Below are positions 1 through 9,076 of a stretch of 46,677 nucleotides of DNA, piece after piece (position 1 is the stretch's first letter; the number at the start of each line of letters is the position of its first letter). Origin of the DNA: Bacillota bacterium (lineage in GTDB: Bacteria > Bacillota > Clostridia > Oscillospirales > Ruminococcaceae); NCBI GenBank assembly GCA_029550985.1, contig JAKPGH010000268.1, forward strand, positions 1 to 46,677, in the 5' to 3' direction. Below the pieces are notes generated by a model that saw only the letters and a list, made by a program, of their open reading frames with translations, was not told the origin of the DNA and did not search any database. The position numbers and the translations under genes were made by a program.

Positions 1-1
1 T

Positions 2-1354
2 TCTGCGGCGGAACCATCCTCTTCAGCTTTGGAATCTTCCCCGGCACAGGTACCATCCACCGCTCCCCAGTCTTCCGCCCCGGCGGAACCCGTCTCCACC
101 AAACCTTCCAACCAGAAGGAATCTTCCGCTTCCCAACCCGCCGCTTCGGAACCCTCCAACGTGGCTGCTTCCGCTCCTGTGGTGGAAGAGCAGGGCTTGC
201 CCAAGCTGGAACAAAACGGCGTCCGGATGGAGCAGGTCCAAGGCGAGGTGCGGGCGGTCTGGATTTCCTACCTGGAGCTGAACAACCTGCTGACCAATCA
301 AAGCAGGGAGCAGTTTACCAAGAATATTCGGCGTGTCTTTGACAACTGCGCATCTTATGGCCTCAACACCGTCATTGTTCATGTTCGCCCCTTTGCCGAC
401 GCCATATACAAGTCTCAGTACTTCCCCTGGTCTTATCTCTGCACCGGCGTGGAGGGGGTGGACCCCGGCTTTGACCCTCTGGCCATTATGGTGGAGGAAG
501 CCCATGCCCGCAACCTTCGGATTGAAGCGTGGCTTAACCCCTACCGCATCCGAAACGCCAACAGCAAGTATGCCATCTGCGATACCAATCCCGCCGTCAA
601 GTGGCTGTCCGCCGGAGACGACGCCGTCATCGTCCACAACGGCGTCACCTCCTACAACCCTGCCAGCAAGAAGGCCCAGGACCTGATTGTCAACGGAGTT
701 CGGGAAATTGTCCGCAACTACAAGGTGGACGGCATCCACATTGACGACTACTTCTATCCCACCACCGCCACCGGCGCCGTGGATATGAGCTTTGACGCGG
801 CTTCTTATCGGGCGTATGTCAACGGGGGCGGAAAGCTCTCCCAGGCGGACTGGCGCAGGCGCAACGTGGAAACCCTGCTCAAGGCCATGTACGCCGCCAT
901 CAAGGAGGAGGACCCCAACGTCCTCTTTGGCATCAGCCCGCAGTCCAGCGTCTACAACAACTACAACGCCCTGTTCCTGGATGTGGCGAAAATCGTCTCC
1001 AATCCCGGCTACTGCGACTACGTCTGCCCGCAGATTTACTTTGGATACCAGAACCAGACACAACCCTATAAAGAAACGTTGGAGAGCTGGAATCAGATGG
1101 TGACCTGCGAGGATGTGGATTTGTATGTGGGCCTTGCCGCCTATAAAGTGGGGGCGGCGGACCAATGGGCTGGCACCGGCAAAAACGAGTGGCTCAACAA
1201 CACCGACCTGCTGGCAAGAATGGTGAAAACCGCCCGCAGTCAAAGCAATTACAAAGGCTTTGTTCTTTACCGGTACGATTCCATTTTTGCGCCGGACCAG
1301 TCGGTTGCCGCTCATGTGAGCAAGGAGATTCAGAATCTAAAGACATTGCTATAA
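2..1354 (+). CDS. Glycoside hydrolase-like 10 (DUF187/YddW-DigH type) protein; 5' end lies outside the window
   Basis: Frame is open from base 2. S/A/P-rich linker, then motifs EVRAVWISY, HVRPFADAIY, AWLNPYR, DGIHIDDYFYP, DYVCPQIY typical of GHL10. Confidence 0.85.
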   Translation, partial: SAAEPSSSALESSPAQVPSTAPQSSAPAEPVSTKPSNQKESSASQPAASEPSNVAASAPVVEEQGLPKLEQNGVRMEQVQGEVRAVWISYLELNNLLTNQSREQFTKNIRRVFDNCASYGLNTVIVHVRPFADAIYKSQYFPWSYLCTGVEGVDPGFDPLAIMVEEAHARNLRIEAWLNPYRIRNANSKYAICDTNPAVKWLSAGDDAVIVHNGVTSYNPASKKAQDLIVNGVREIVRNYKVDGIHIDDYFYPTTATGAVDMSFDAASYRAYVNGGGKLSQADWRRRNVETLLKAMYAAIKEEDPNVLFGISPQSSVYNNYNALFLDVAKIVSNPGYCDYVCPQIYFGYQNQTQPYKETLESWNQMVTCEDVDLYVGLAAYKVGAADQWAGTGKNEWLNNTDLLARMVKTARSQSNYKGFVLYRYDSIFAPDQSVAAHVSKEIQNLKTLL

Positions 1355-1459
1355 AAGGTATTACAACTCTGGCGGCCCTTTTGGGCCCGGCACTTTGTGG
1401 ACAAGCTGTTTAGCAGCGAATTCAACTTTGTTCCATCAACCAATTGGGGGCTGCGTATT

Positions 1460-4400
1460 TTGAGTGAGCTATTTAAGAGCAAAAAAAAGTTGGGAATGAT
1501 GGTGGGAGCCATCTTCCTTTCCCTTACCCTCGTTGCGGGAGGGGTGGCCGGCATTTTGCTGAACACCGCCTGGGGCAGCGCCCTGGCGCCGGACAAGCCG
1601 GAATCCTCCCAGCCTGCGGAGGAGGAGACTGGGCCCGAGGATTTGGACAAGCTTCTCCCGGCCGAGCTGGAACCTGAACCGGAGCCGGAAAACATCGAGC
1701 CGGTCTACCATGTTCCCGGCGAAATGCGGGGCGTCTATCTGGTGCCGGGCTATGACTTTTTAACCGACTTAAACGCCGGTGAAGGCGCCATCCGGGCGGA
1801 AATCGACAAGGCGGTGGAGAAAGCCGCCGAGTTGACCATGAACTCGGTGATTATCGATACCGTCTACAACGACAAGGTCATTTTCGAAACCTCCGGCGCT
1901 CCCCGACTGGACGCAGGCTTCGATGTGATGGAATACGTGGTGGACGCCGCCCGCAAGCAGGGGCTGTACGTCTACAGCATTTTTGATGCGTCTCTCTTTC
2001 AGGAAAAAAGCGGCGGCGCCTCCCTGGCTTTGGGAGCGGGAACCATTGACAAGCTGACCGCCAATCTGCGGGAGTTTGCCGAAAAGTACGCGCCCGACGC
2101 CATTCTCATCGACGGCTACACTCAACCCGCCGATGAGGAGCAGACCTACATCCGCTACCTGATGACGGGCGGAGCCATCGGCTACAATAATTTCCTGCGG
2201 CAGACCCCCGCCGCCGTGGTCCGCAACATGAGCAACACCATCCGCCAATATACCCCCAACATTCAGGTGGGGTTGCTGGCCGACGCCATATGGGCCAGCG
2301 CCGACGAGCAGGAGGGGGGCTTGCCCGTCAAATCGGCAAGTTATTCTTCCCTTGGCAACGGCAACGCCGACACCAAGGCATTTGTGGAGGACGGCGTAGT
2401 GGACTTTGTAGCCGTCAAAGCTTTCTCCTCCCTCACCGACCCCAACGAGCCCTTTGAAACCGTGGTGACCTGGTGGGCAGACGTGGCAAGGCGCAGCGGT
2501 GTGCCGATGTATGTGGTTCACGCCTCCAGCAAAGTCTGCACCCAAAATACGGGCTGGGGCTCCTACGACCAGCTGACGCGGCAGGTGATTCGCGCCAGCG
2601 GCCTGCCCGGCTATTCCGGCAGTGTGTTCGACTCCCTTTCCCGGTTGGTGGCCAATCCTCAGGACGCCACCGCCACTTTGGTCAAGTACTACAAGGGAGA
2701 GGTGAAAAGCGAGCACGTCCTCACCGAGCTTGCCATCACCAAGCCTACCCAAACCACCTACACCACCCAGGAACCGTCGGTGACCTTTACGGGCGCTTCC
2801 GACCCCACCGCTCCCGTCACCATTAACGGCGAGGAAATCACCACCGACAATTCCGGTTACTTTACCGTCACCTATAATTTAAAAGCTGGCGAAAACACCT
2901 TTACCATTGTCCATAAAAACAAAACCCTGACCTACAAAATCACACGGAATATTGAAATCCTCAAGGAGGTTGCGCCCACCGGCACCATCTCCACCGACGG
3001 AAACATGAGCGTTGAAATTTCCGCTTTGGCCTATGAGGATGCCGAGGTGTACGCCACCATCGGGGACGCCACCGTGGCCATGGAAATCGATGATTCCGCC
3101 GAGGATGAAGATGCCCGCAACTCCAACTACAAGCGGTTTGTGGGGTATTTTACCGCCCCGCCCGGAACAACCCAGGAACAGAATTTGGGGCCCATCACCA
3201 TCACCGCCACCTGGCAGGGTATTACCAAATCCCTGAAGGCAGCCACTGTCAAGGTCAATAAGCGGGCGAAACTGGAAAACGGCGTTCCCGTCGTGGTGGT
3301 GGCGGACCAGGCGTGGACCTATCCTCCCAACACCCTGGATAACGTTCCCAACGCAAACTATTATCCCATTCCCAAAGGTGCGATGGACTACGCCGTAGGA
3401 GATGAAATCACCTACGTCAGCAGCAAAGGGGAAACCTATAAGTTCTACAAACTGGCCTCCGGCTTGCGGGTGGAGTCCCAGGATATTCAGGCCATCACCA
3501 ACGACTATGTGGGCGGAAACGTCATTTCCGGCTTCAACATCAGCACCGAGGGCCGGTATGTCTACCTGACCATCAAAACCGCCCAGAAGGTGACCTACAA
3601 AATTGAGTATACTGGCTCTACCTTTGGTATCACCTTCCACAACACCGACAAAAACCCCGGCGGAAGCCATACCCTGGATCAAAACCCCCTCTTTACCAAA
3701 GCCACCTGGGGCAGCGACAACCTGACCCTCACCTTGGCCAAAAACGGCGGATTCCTAGGGTTTAAAGGCTACTACGATTCCAGCGGGAATTTGGTGTTCC
3801 GGTTTAACGTGCCCCCGTCCTCGCTGAAGGGAGCCAGAATCGCCGTCGACGCGGGCCACGGCGGTTCGGATACGGGAGCCCTCGGATTCCTGTCCGCTTA
3901 TCCCGAAAAGGTCATCAACCGGGCCATTGCCGAAATGCTGGCGGACGAGTTGGAAAGCCGGGGCGCCACCGTCCTGCTCATTGACAACTCCAAGAACCCC
4001 AGCCTGCAGAACCGGGTTAGGCAGGCAGAGGCCTTTAACGCCGACCTGTTTGTCAGCGTACATAGCAATACCAGCACCCGCGCCTCGGCAGTGGGAACCG
4101 AAGTTTATTACTTCTACCCCTACGGTAAGGCTACCGCTACGGCCGTTGCCGCTCAGGTCAGCAGTCAATTGGAGACCGAAAACCGGGGCGCCCGCCAAAG
4201 CTACTACCACATCACCCTGACTCCTCAAATGCCGGCGATTTTGGCGGAGTGCGGCTTTATGACCAACAAGGCCGAGTATGAAAAGCTGATTCAGGAGGAG
4301 TACCAGCAGGCCATCGCCATCGGCATTGCCGACGGCTTGGAGGCTGGTCTGAAGAGCGCCTATACCGGCATTACCACCACCGGCTCCCAGAGTGTGGGCG

Positions 4401-5557
4401 GCAAGGTGTCTCCCACCACTGATTCCGGCAACACCTCGACGGGAGGCTCGAAATCGAAGGGCAGCTCCGAAGTGGAGTATCTGGTCTTTGAAAATGAGGA
4501 AGTGGCGGTCAACGTGGGGAAAACCTATACCCTTAAGCTCATCTCCGACCCGGAGGACGCCGACCTCAGCGGCGTGACCTTTAAGAGCAGCAACACCTCG
4601 GTGGCCACCGTCAATTCCCAGGGCAAGGTGACGGCGGTCAAGGTTGGCAAAGCCAAAATCACCGCCACCACCGCCGACGGCAAGGTATCGGCGGTCTGCC
4701 AGCTGGAAGTGGTGGAGAAAGGAGGCGAGCAGGACGAAGTCAAGCCTTCGGACCAACCTACCAAGGTTGAGGGAACTTCCCTGAAAAATGTCTCCTATAT
4801 CGAGTTTTATGACGACTACATCACGCTGTCGAAGAAGGCCACCTACACTCTGAAAATCACTTCCGACAAAGGGCTGGTGAAAAACACCGAGCTGTTGTGG
4901 GAAAGTGAGGATACCAATGTGGCGACGGTGGACTCCTACGGAAAAGTGACGGCGAAATCCGAAGGCTATGCCGAAATTCGCGCCTACACCGCCGACAACA
5001 GCTACTCCATCTCCTGTACGGTGGAGGTGGTCAGCGGAAAGATTGCCGTCAAAGGCATTTCCCTGGATAAGACCAAGCTGTACATGAGGCGGGGCACCGA
5101 GCAGCAGCTCTACGTCACCTTCACGCCGGAAACCGCCACCAACAAAGCGGTGACCTGGACTTCCTCCCGGCAGTCGGTGGCCAGCGTGGACGAGTACGGC
5201 AAGGTGACGGCCAAGAGTGCTGGCACCGCCGTGATTACGGCAACCAGCAAGGATGGCCGCTACACCGCCACCTGCACCGTGGAGGTTACCACCAAGAATA
5301 TCGCGGTGGACTATCTCAAATTTGACTACGATGACATGGAGCCCTATGTGGGCGACGTCACTCAGCTGGAGTACACCATTGGCCCCGACAATGCCACCGA
5401 CCTTTCGGTCACCTTTAAGTCCAGCAACCCCTCGGTGGTCAGCGTGGATGAGGATGGAGTCATCACCTGCCACAAGAAAGGAAAGGCTATCATCACCATC
5501 ACTTCCGTTTCCAATCCCAAGATATCGGATACCTGCGAAATTCGGGTCGTGGCATAA
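1460..5557 (+). CDS. Membrane-anchored multidomain cell-wall hydrolase: degenerate GHL10-like domain + N-acetylmuramoyl-L-alanine amidase (Amidase_3) + 4 Ig-like Big_2 repeats
   Basis: N-terminal TM helix; EMRGVYL..IDGY GHL10-like region; amidase Zn motifs VDAGHGG, E, SVHSN, AECGFMTN; four SS..VA.V...G.VTA...G.A.IT repeats. TTG start at 1460 chosen from GGGGG RBS (ORF track starts at 1397). Confidence 0.85.
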   Translation: MSELFKSKKKLGMMVGAIFLSLTLVAGGVAGILLNTAWGSALAPDKPESSQPAEEETGPEDLDKLLPAELEPEPEPENIEPVYHVPGEMRGVYLVPGYDFLTDLNAGEGAIRAEIDKAVEKAAELTMNSVIIDTVYNDKVIFETSGAPRLDAGFDVMEYVVDAARKQGLYVYSIFDASLFQEKSGGASLALGAGTIDKLTANLREFAEKYAPDAILIDGYTQPADEEQTYIRYLMTGGAIGYNNFLRQTPAAVVRNMSNTIRQYTPNIQVGLLADAIWASADEQEGGLPVKSASYSSLGNGNADTKAFVEDGVVDFVAVKAFSSLTDPNEPFETVVTWWADVARRSGVPMYVVHASSKVCTQNTGWGSYDQLTRQVIRASGLPGYSGSVFDSLSRLVANPQDATATLVKYYKGEVKSEHVLTELAITKPTQTTYTTQEPSVTFTGASDPTAPVTINGEEITTDNSGYFTVTYNLKAGENTFTIVHKNKTLTYKITRNIEILKEVAPTGTISTDGNMSVEISALAYEDAEVYATIGDATVAMEIDDSAEDEDARNSNYKRFVGYFTAPPGTTQEQNLGPITITATWQGITKSLKAATVKVNKRAKLENGVPVVVVADQAWTYPPNTLDNVPNANYYPIPKGAMDYAVGDEITYVSSKGETYKFYKLASGLRVESQDIQAITNDYVGGNVISGFNISTEGRYVYLTIKTAQKVTYKIEYTGSTFGITFHNTDKNPGGSHTLDQNPLFTKATWGSDNLTLTLAKNGGFLGFKGYYDSSGNLVFRFNVPPSSLKGARIAVDAGHGGSDTGALGFLSAYPEKVINRAIAEMLADELESRGATVLLIDNSKNPSLQNRVRQAEAFNADLFVSVHSNTSTRASAVGTEVYYFYPYGKATATAVAAQVSSQLETENRGARQSYYHITLTPQMPAILAECGFMTNKAEYEKLIQEEYQQAIAIGIADGLEAGLKSAYTGITTTGSQSVGGKVSPTTDSGNTSTGGSKSKGSSEVEYLVFENEEVAVNVGKTYTLKLISDPEDADLSGVTFKSSNTSVATVNSQGKVTAVKVGKAKITATTADGKVSAVCQLEVVEKGGEQDEVKPSDQPTKVEGTSLKNVSYIEFYDDYITLSKKATYTLKITSDKGLVKNTELLWESEDTNVATVDSYGKVTAKSEGYAEIRAYTADNSYSISCTVEVVSGKIAVKGISLDKTKLYMRRGTEQQLYVTFTPETATNKAVTWTSSRQSVASVDEYGKVTAKSAGTAVITATSKDGRYTATCTVEVTTKNIAVDYLKFDYDDMEPYVGDVTQLEYTIGPDNATDLSVTFKSSNPSVVSVDEDGVITCHKKGKAIITITSVSNPKISDTCEIRVVA

Positions 5558-5562
5558 GAATG

Positions 5563-5597
5563 AAAAACACCGTGGAAACATACTCCACGGTGTTTTT
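5563..5597. terminator. Bidirectional intrinsic terminator
   Basis: AAAAACACCGTGGA-loop-TCCACGGTGTTTTT perfect inverted repeat between convergent genes. Confidence 0.85.
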
Positions 5598-5720
5598 ACG
5601 CACAAAAAGGGCATCCTCCGCCTCATAAGCGACGCGATATGACTGTTTACGCGGCGTTTTGGTTTGCGCTGACATGCAAAATGACCCCTCCTGGGCAGTT
5701 GACGCGGGAGGGGCGGTGAC

Positions 5721-6392
5721 TTACACACCCTGGAAGCGGTTGGATGCAAAGATGGTACGGGCCGCCTGGTAATTGCCGGGAGTGAGGCGCTGCAAGATGG
5801 TGACAAAGCGGATGGAAAACAAATCGCACAACAGCTGGCTGTTGCCGTCCAGAGAATCCAAAATGATGTAGCTGGCGCCCACCTCCCGCAGGATGCCTAC
5901 CCGGTCGGTCATGCTGTCGGTGAGCAGGAATTCCACCCGCACAAGGCTGCCGATAATCTGCCGCAAATAGCCCGGAATATAGGCGGGGTTGGTGAGGGAT
6001 TCGGGCAGGTTTACGTTCAGCTGGGAGGTCATGGGAGGAAACTGCATTGTGCCGCCTGGTTCTGTCATCTGCCCGGGTGCCGGAAAGTTAAAGGGGACTG
6101 ACTGGGTGGCGGAGGGAGCGGTGGCCTGGGTGCTGGAAATGAAGGGTGTTCCGGGGCCACCGGGCTGTACCGAAATGGGCATGGAAGGTCCCGGGGTGAC
6201 GGAAATGGGAGCGCCGCTGGGACTGGTGGATATGTATTGGTTGGGGTCTTGCTCGTAGTAGCAGGTGGGGTTGTTGGGGTTTACATCGGCTAATGGGTCG
6301 GCGGAAGTGTTCTGGTCCAATGCGGTTGGGGTGTAAATATTCTGGCTTTGATAAGGATTGCGGTAAGATCTTGCATACTGAGAATTACACAT
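5721..6392 (-). CDS. gerQ: GerQ-like spore coat protein
   Basis: P/Q/S/T-rich N-terminus; C-terminal domain YIPGYLRQIIG..VRVEF..GILREVGASYIIL..LLCDLFSIRFVTI resembles GerQ; AAGGAG RBS; lies directly downstream of cwlJ as in cwlJ-gerQ operons. Confidence 0.65.
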   Translation of the reverse strand: MCNSQYARSYRNPYQSQNIYTPTALDQNTSADPLADVNPNNPTCYYEQDPNQYISTSPSGAPISVTPGPSMPISVQPGGPGTPFISSTQATAPSATQSVPFNFPAPGQMTEPGGTMQFPPMTSQLNVNLPESLTNPAYIPGYLRQIIGSLVRVEFLLTDSMTDRVGILREVGASYIILDSLDGNSQLLCDLFSIRFVTILQRLTPGNYQAARTIFASNRFQGV

Positions 6393-6423
6393 ATATCATA
6401 CTCCTTTGCTTTTAATAGCTATT

Positions 6424-6806
6424 TCATGTTAGGCGGTAGTAAGGGGTAGGTCGGTAAAAACAGTGGTTGTTCACACGGGTGTGAAAAGTTCCCGTGCGTT
6501 GGGGAAACTCCGAACGGCATTCCCCAAAGGGATTTAAATACCACAGGCAGACACCCACGGGAGTGTGGACTCCGCCGCTAAGAGCCCAGTCGGCGATTTG
6601 GTAGTGAATGGGCTCGGGGCGCATATTGTAAATGTTCTGCATATTGGGGCGTCCCCCTATTTCGGTGAGGATGCAGTCAAATTGGCCGGGCTGAAACACA
6701 ATGTTGCGCAAATTTCCCTGGCCAACCCGAAGATACTCCCCGTCGCTGACATGAACCCGATTCATCACCACAGTGGCGACTGCCCGCATACCATCCTGGC
6801 CTTCAC
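6424..6806 (-). CDS. cwlJ: 3' part (codons 21-145 plus core) of split spore cortex-lytic hydrolase CwlJ (Hydrolase_2 / SleB-CwlJ family)
   Basis: EGQDGMRAVATVVMNRV, IVFQPGQF, WYLNP, NHCFY motifs. The ORF-track N-terminus (MPVPHF...PGR) is not homologous and the ARL...EA.GE motif is missing here. Confidence 0.9.
6802..6806. repeat. att core (attR relative to cwlJ), TTCAC / GTGAA
   Basis: CwlJ homology stops at this point; identical to 17223-17227. Confidence 0.85.
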
Positions 6807-6850
6807 GCCCCGGGATAGAAGAAAACACTCCGAATGTGGCTTTACTATGC

Positions 6851-6890
6851 AAAAAACAAAAATGGGGAACCGGCATTGCGCCGATTCCCC
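6851..6890 (-). terminator. Intrinsic terminator just inside the element end, facing the cwlJ 3' part
   Basis: Minus strand GGGGAATCGGC-GCAAT-GCCGGTTCCCC-ATTTTTGTTTTTT. Confidence 0.75.
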
Positions 6891-7006
6891 TTACATTAAT
6901 AATTGCAAAAAATCCAAATCCTTTCTGAAATCACATCAAAAGCATCGAAAAATAGAGGCCGCCATGTTACAATAAATAGCAAAAGCTTTCATTGGGAGAG
7001 AACAAA

Positions 7007-7564
7007 ATGGAAATCAGGGTTGCCTCGATTGAGGATGCGGAATCACTTCTAAACATATATGGGCCTTATGTGCTCCACACGGCGGTATCTTTTGAATACG
7101 ACGTTCCCAGTGTGGAGGAGTTTCAAAACCGAATCCGAAAAACCTTGGCCGAATATCCGTATTTCGTTGCTGTGGAAGATGGGCAAATTGTCGGATATAC
7201 CTATGCGGGTCCCTTAGGTTCCAGGATGGCCTACAAACATTCCGCGGAAGTTTCCATATACATCGATAAAAACTGGCACGGAAAAGGCATCGGCAGACTG
7301 TTATATCGGAAGTTGGAAGAGACACTGCTCCGGCAGAATGTCTTTACGCTGTATGCCTGTATCGCGGCGACTGACCGGGCAAACGACGAGCATTTGACCG
7401 ATGCCAGCATCCGTTTTCATGAAAAAATGGGGTATCGTCTCGTAGGCAGGCACCATTTGTGCGGGTATAAATTTGAAAAATGGTACAGCGTCGTTTGGAT
7501 GGAAAAAGCCATTGCCAGCAAAAGTGGAAAACCGGGCCCATTTATTCCTTTTACAGAAATATAG
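7007..7564 (+). CDS. GNAT N-acetyltransferase (phosphinothricin/methionine sulfoximine acetyltransferase-like)
   Basis: SFEYDVPS, EVSIYI, HGKGIGRLLY, SIRFHEKMGY, GYKFEKW motifs; GGAG RBS. Confidence 0.88.
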   Translation: MEIRVASIEDAESLLNIYGPYVLHTAVSFEYDVPSVEEFQNRIRKTLAEYPYFVAVEDGQIVGYTYAGPLGSRMAYKHSAEVSIYIDKNWHGKGIGRLLYRKLEETLLRQNVFTLYACIAATDRANDEHLTDASIRFHEKMGYRLVGRHHLCGYKFEKWYSVVWMEKAIASKSGKPGPFIPFTEI

Positions 7565-7591
7565 AGAAGTGTGGAAGCTCCTAACTGGACA

Positions 7592-7619
7592 TTGACAATG
7601 GCAAAACTTGGGGTATAAT
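7592..7619 (+). promoter_or_regulatory. Sigma-A promoter of the cobalamin operon
   Basis: TTGACA-16 nt-TATAAT directly upstream of the riboswitch. Confidence 0.8.
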
Positions 7620-7639
7620 GAGAGCAAACTGGATAGGAC

Positions 7640-7824
7640 GCATTTAAGTGCCGTCGCTTCCGCGAAGGAATCGATGGAGAATAGAGAACCCGCAAGGAAC
7701 CGGGACGGTACCGCCACTGTATGCGTGGAGACTGTGCACAGGACGAAAGTCGGCCATTGGGAATTTCTCCGAGAAGGCAGTGCACAAGCCGTTGATGCGC
7801 GAGTCAGGAGACCTGCTTAAATGC
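7640..7824 (+). promoter_or_regulatory. Cobalamin (B12) riboswitch aptamer
   Basis: P1 GCATTTAAG/CTTAAATGC; CCGCCACTGTA; GCCATTGGGAA..CCGAGAAGGC; B12 box GAGTCAGGAGACCTGC; lies upstream of cob genes. Confidence 0.85.
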
Positions 7825-7879
7825 TTTGCTTACAGACTCCCGAGTATGGAGGAATGGGCACATGATGTCACAGAAAATC

Positions 7880-7914
7880 GGCTGTGGCAGTCAAAACTGA
7901 CTGCCACAGCCTTT
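7880..7914 (+). terminator. Riboswitch expression-platform terminator
   Basis: Perfect 14-bp stem GGCTGTGGCAGTCA-AAAC-TGACTGCCACAGCC followed by TTT. Confidence 0.75.
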
Positions 7915-8101
7915 CGCTTGATTCGGGTAAACCTCAAGCAACCCATAGGATTGGAGGAAACACCACCAAAATGATTTCTTCGGCATTTAATAACGGAGGT
8001 GGCTGTTCTGCAGGTTGCAGTAAAAAAGCGGACGCGTATCATCGCATGACCTGCCGACATCCCGTTTACCGTTTCATCATGCAGGAGGGTGGGGAAGAAA
8101 T

Positions 8102-9064
8102 ATGAAGTGGTCGTTGATGGCTTTTATCATCGGTTTTCTCATGGACCTCCTCATTGGAGACCCCCACGGATTCCCGCATCCGGTTGTATTCATTGGCAGG
8201 GAAATAACCTGGCTGGAGCGGGGATTGCGCCGGATTTTCCCCAAATCCCCTGGGGGAGAAAAAGCAGCTGGCGGGCTTTTATGGCTGGTTGTGGTTTTCA
8301 CTTCCACCGGCATCCCGCTTTTGTTGCTGTGGATTTGCCACCGCATCAGCCCATGGCTCCGGCTGGCGGTGGAGAGTGTGATGTGTTGGCAGATTCTCGC
8401 CGTCAAGTCGCTGCGGGACGAGAGCATGAGGGTTTATGACGCGCTGGAAAGCGGCGACATAGAAAAGTCCAGACACGCGGTTTCCCAAATTGTGGGCAGA
8501 GACACCGCGGCATTGGACGATGCGGCCGTCACCCGCGCGGCGGTGGAAACCGTCGCGGAGAACACGTCGGACGGCATAGTGGCGCCCCTGCTGTACTTGG
8601 CCATTGGCGGCGTGCCGCTGGGGTTTTGTTACAAGGCGGTCAACACCATGGATTCCATGCTGGGATATACAGAAGCGCCCTACCGGCATATTGGTTTTGT
8701 GCCGGCAAAAGCGGATGATGTGGCAAACTTTCTTCCATCGCGGCTTGCCGCCCTGCTGATGCTGGCGGCGGGATGGCTCCTCCGCATGGATGTCCAAAAC
8801 GGGTGGCGGATTTTTCGCAGGGACCGGCTCCGCCATGCCAGCCCCAATGCGGCCCACACCGAGTCGGTCTGTGCCGGGCTTCTCGGCTTGCGGCTGGCGG
8901 GGGATTCCTGGTATCACGGGGTACTCCACAAAAAGGAGTTTATCGGGGACCCCCTGCGGGAAATCGAGCACCAGGATATTCCCCGCGCCTGCCGCCTTTC
9001 CTATGCAACGGCATTCCTCGCCTTCGCGCTGTGCTGTGTCATAAAGATGCTATTCCTGCTCTAA
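8102..9064 (+). CDS. cbiB: Adenosylcobinamide-phosphate synthase CbiB
   Basis: GDP..PHPVVFIG, IVGRDT, AVETVAENTSDG, AVNTMDSMLGY, HASPNA motifs; hydrophobic membrane protein. Confidence 0.95.
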   Translation: MKWSLMAFIIGFLMDLLIGDPHGFPHPVVFIGREITWLERGLRRIFPKSPGGEKAAGGLLWLVVVFTSTGIPLLLLWICHRISPWLRLAVESVMCWQILAVKSLRDESMRVYDALESGDIEKSRHAVSQIVGRDTAALDDAAVTRAAVETVAENTSDGIVAPLLYLAIGGVPLGFCYKAVNTMDSMLGYTEAPYRHIGFVPAKADDVANFLPSRLAALLMLAAGWLLRMDVQNGWRIFRRDRLRHASPNAAHTESVCAGLLGLRLAGDSWYHGVLHKKEFIGDPLREIEHQDIPRACRLSYATAFLAFALCCVIKMLFLL

Positions 9065-9076
9065 AGGAGAAGCAAC

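Noticed and set aside
23-5806. Long antisense ORFs (e.g. 23-1315, 1769-2752, 3755-5806) and similar ones opposite cbiP, feoB, spoIIIAG-AH, tlyA and recN
   Set aside because: Shadow frames of GC-rich coding genes; no RBS or recognisable motifs
6807-6876. ORF-track N-terminus MPVPHFCFLHSKATFGVFSSIPGR of the 150-aa hydrolase
   Set aside because: Element-derived sequence overlapping a terminator, with no family motif; the real N-terminus is at 17282-17223
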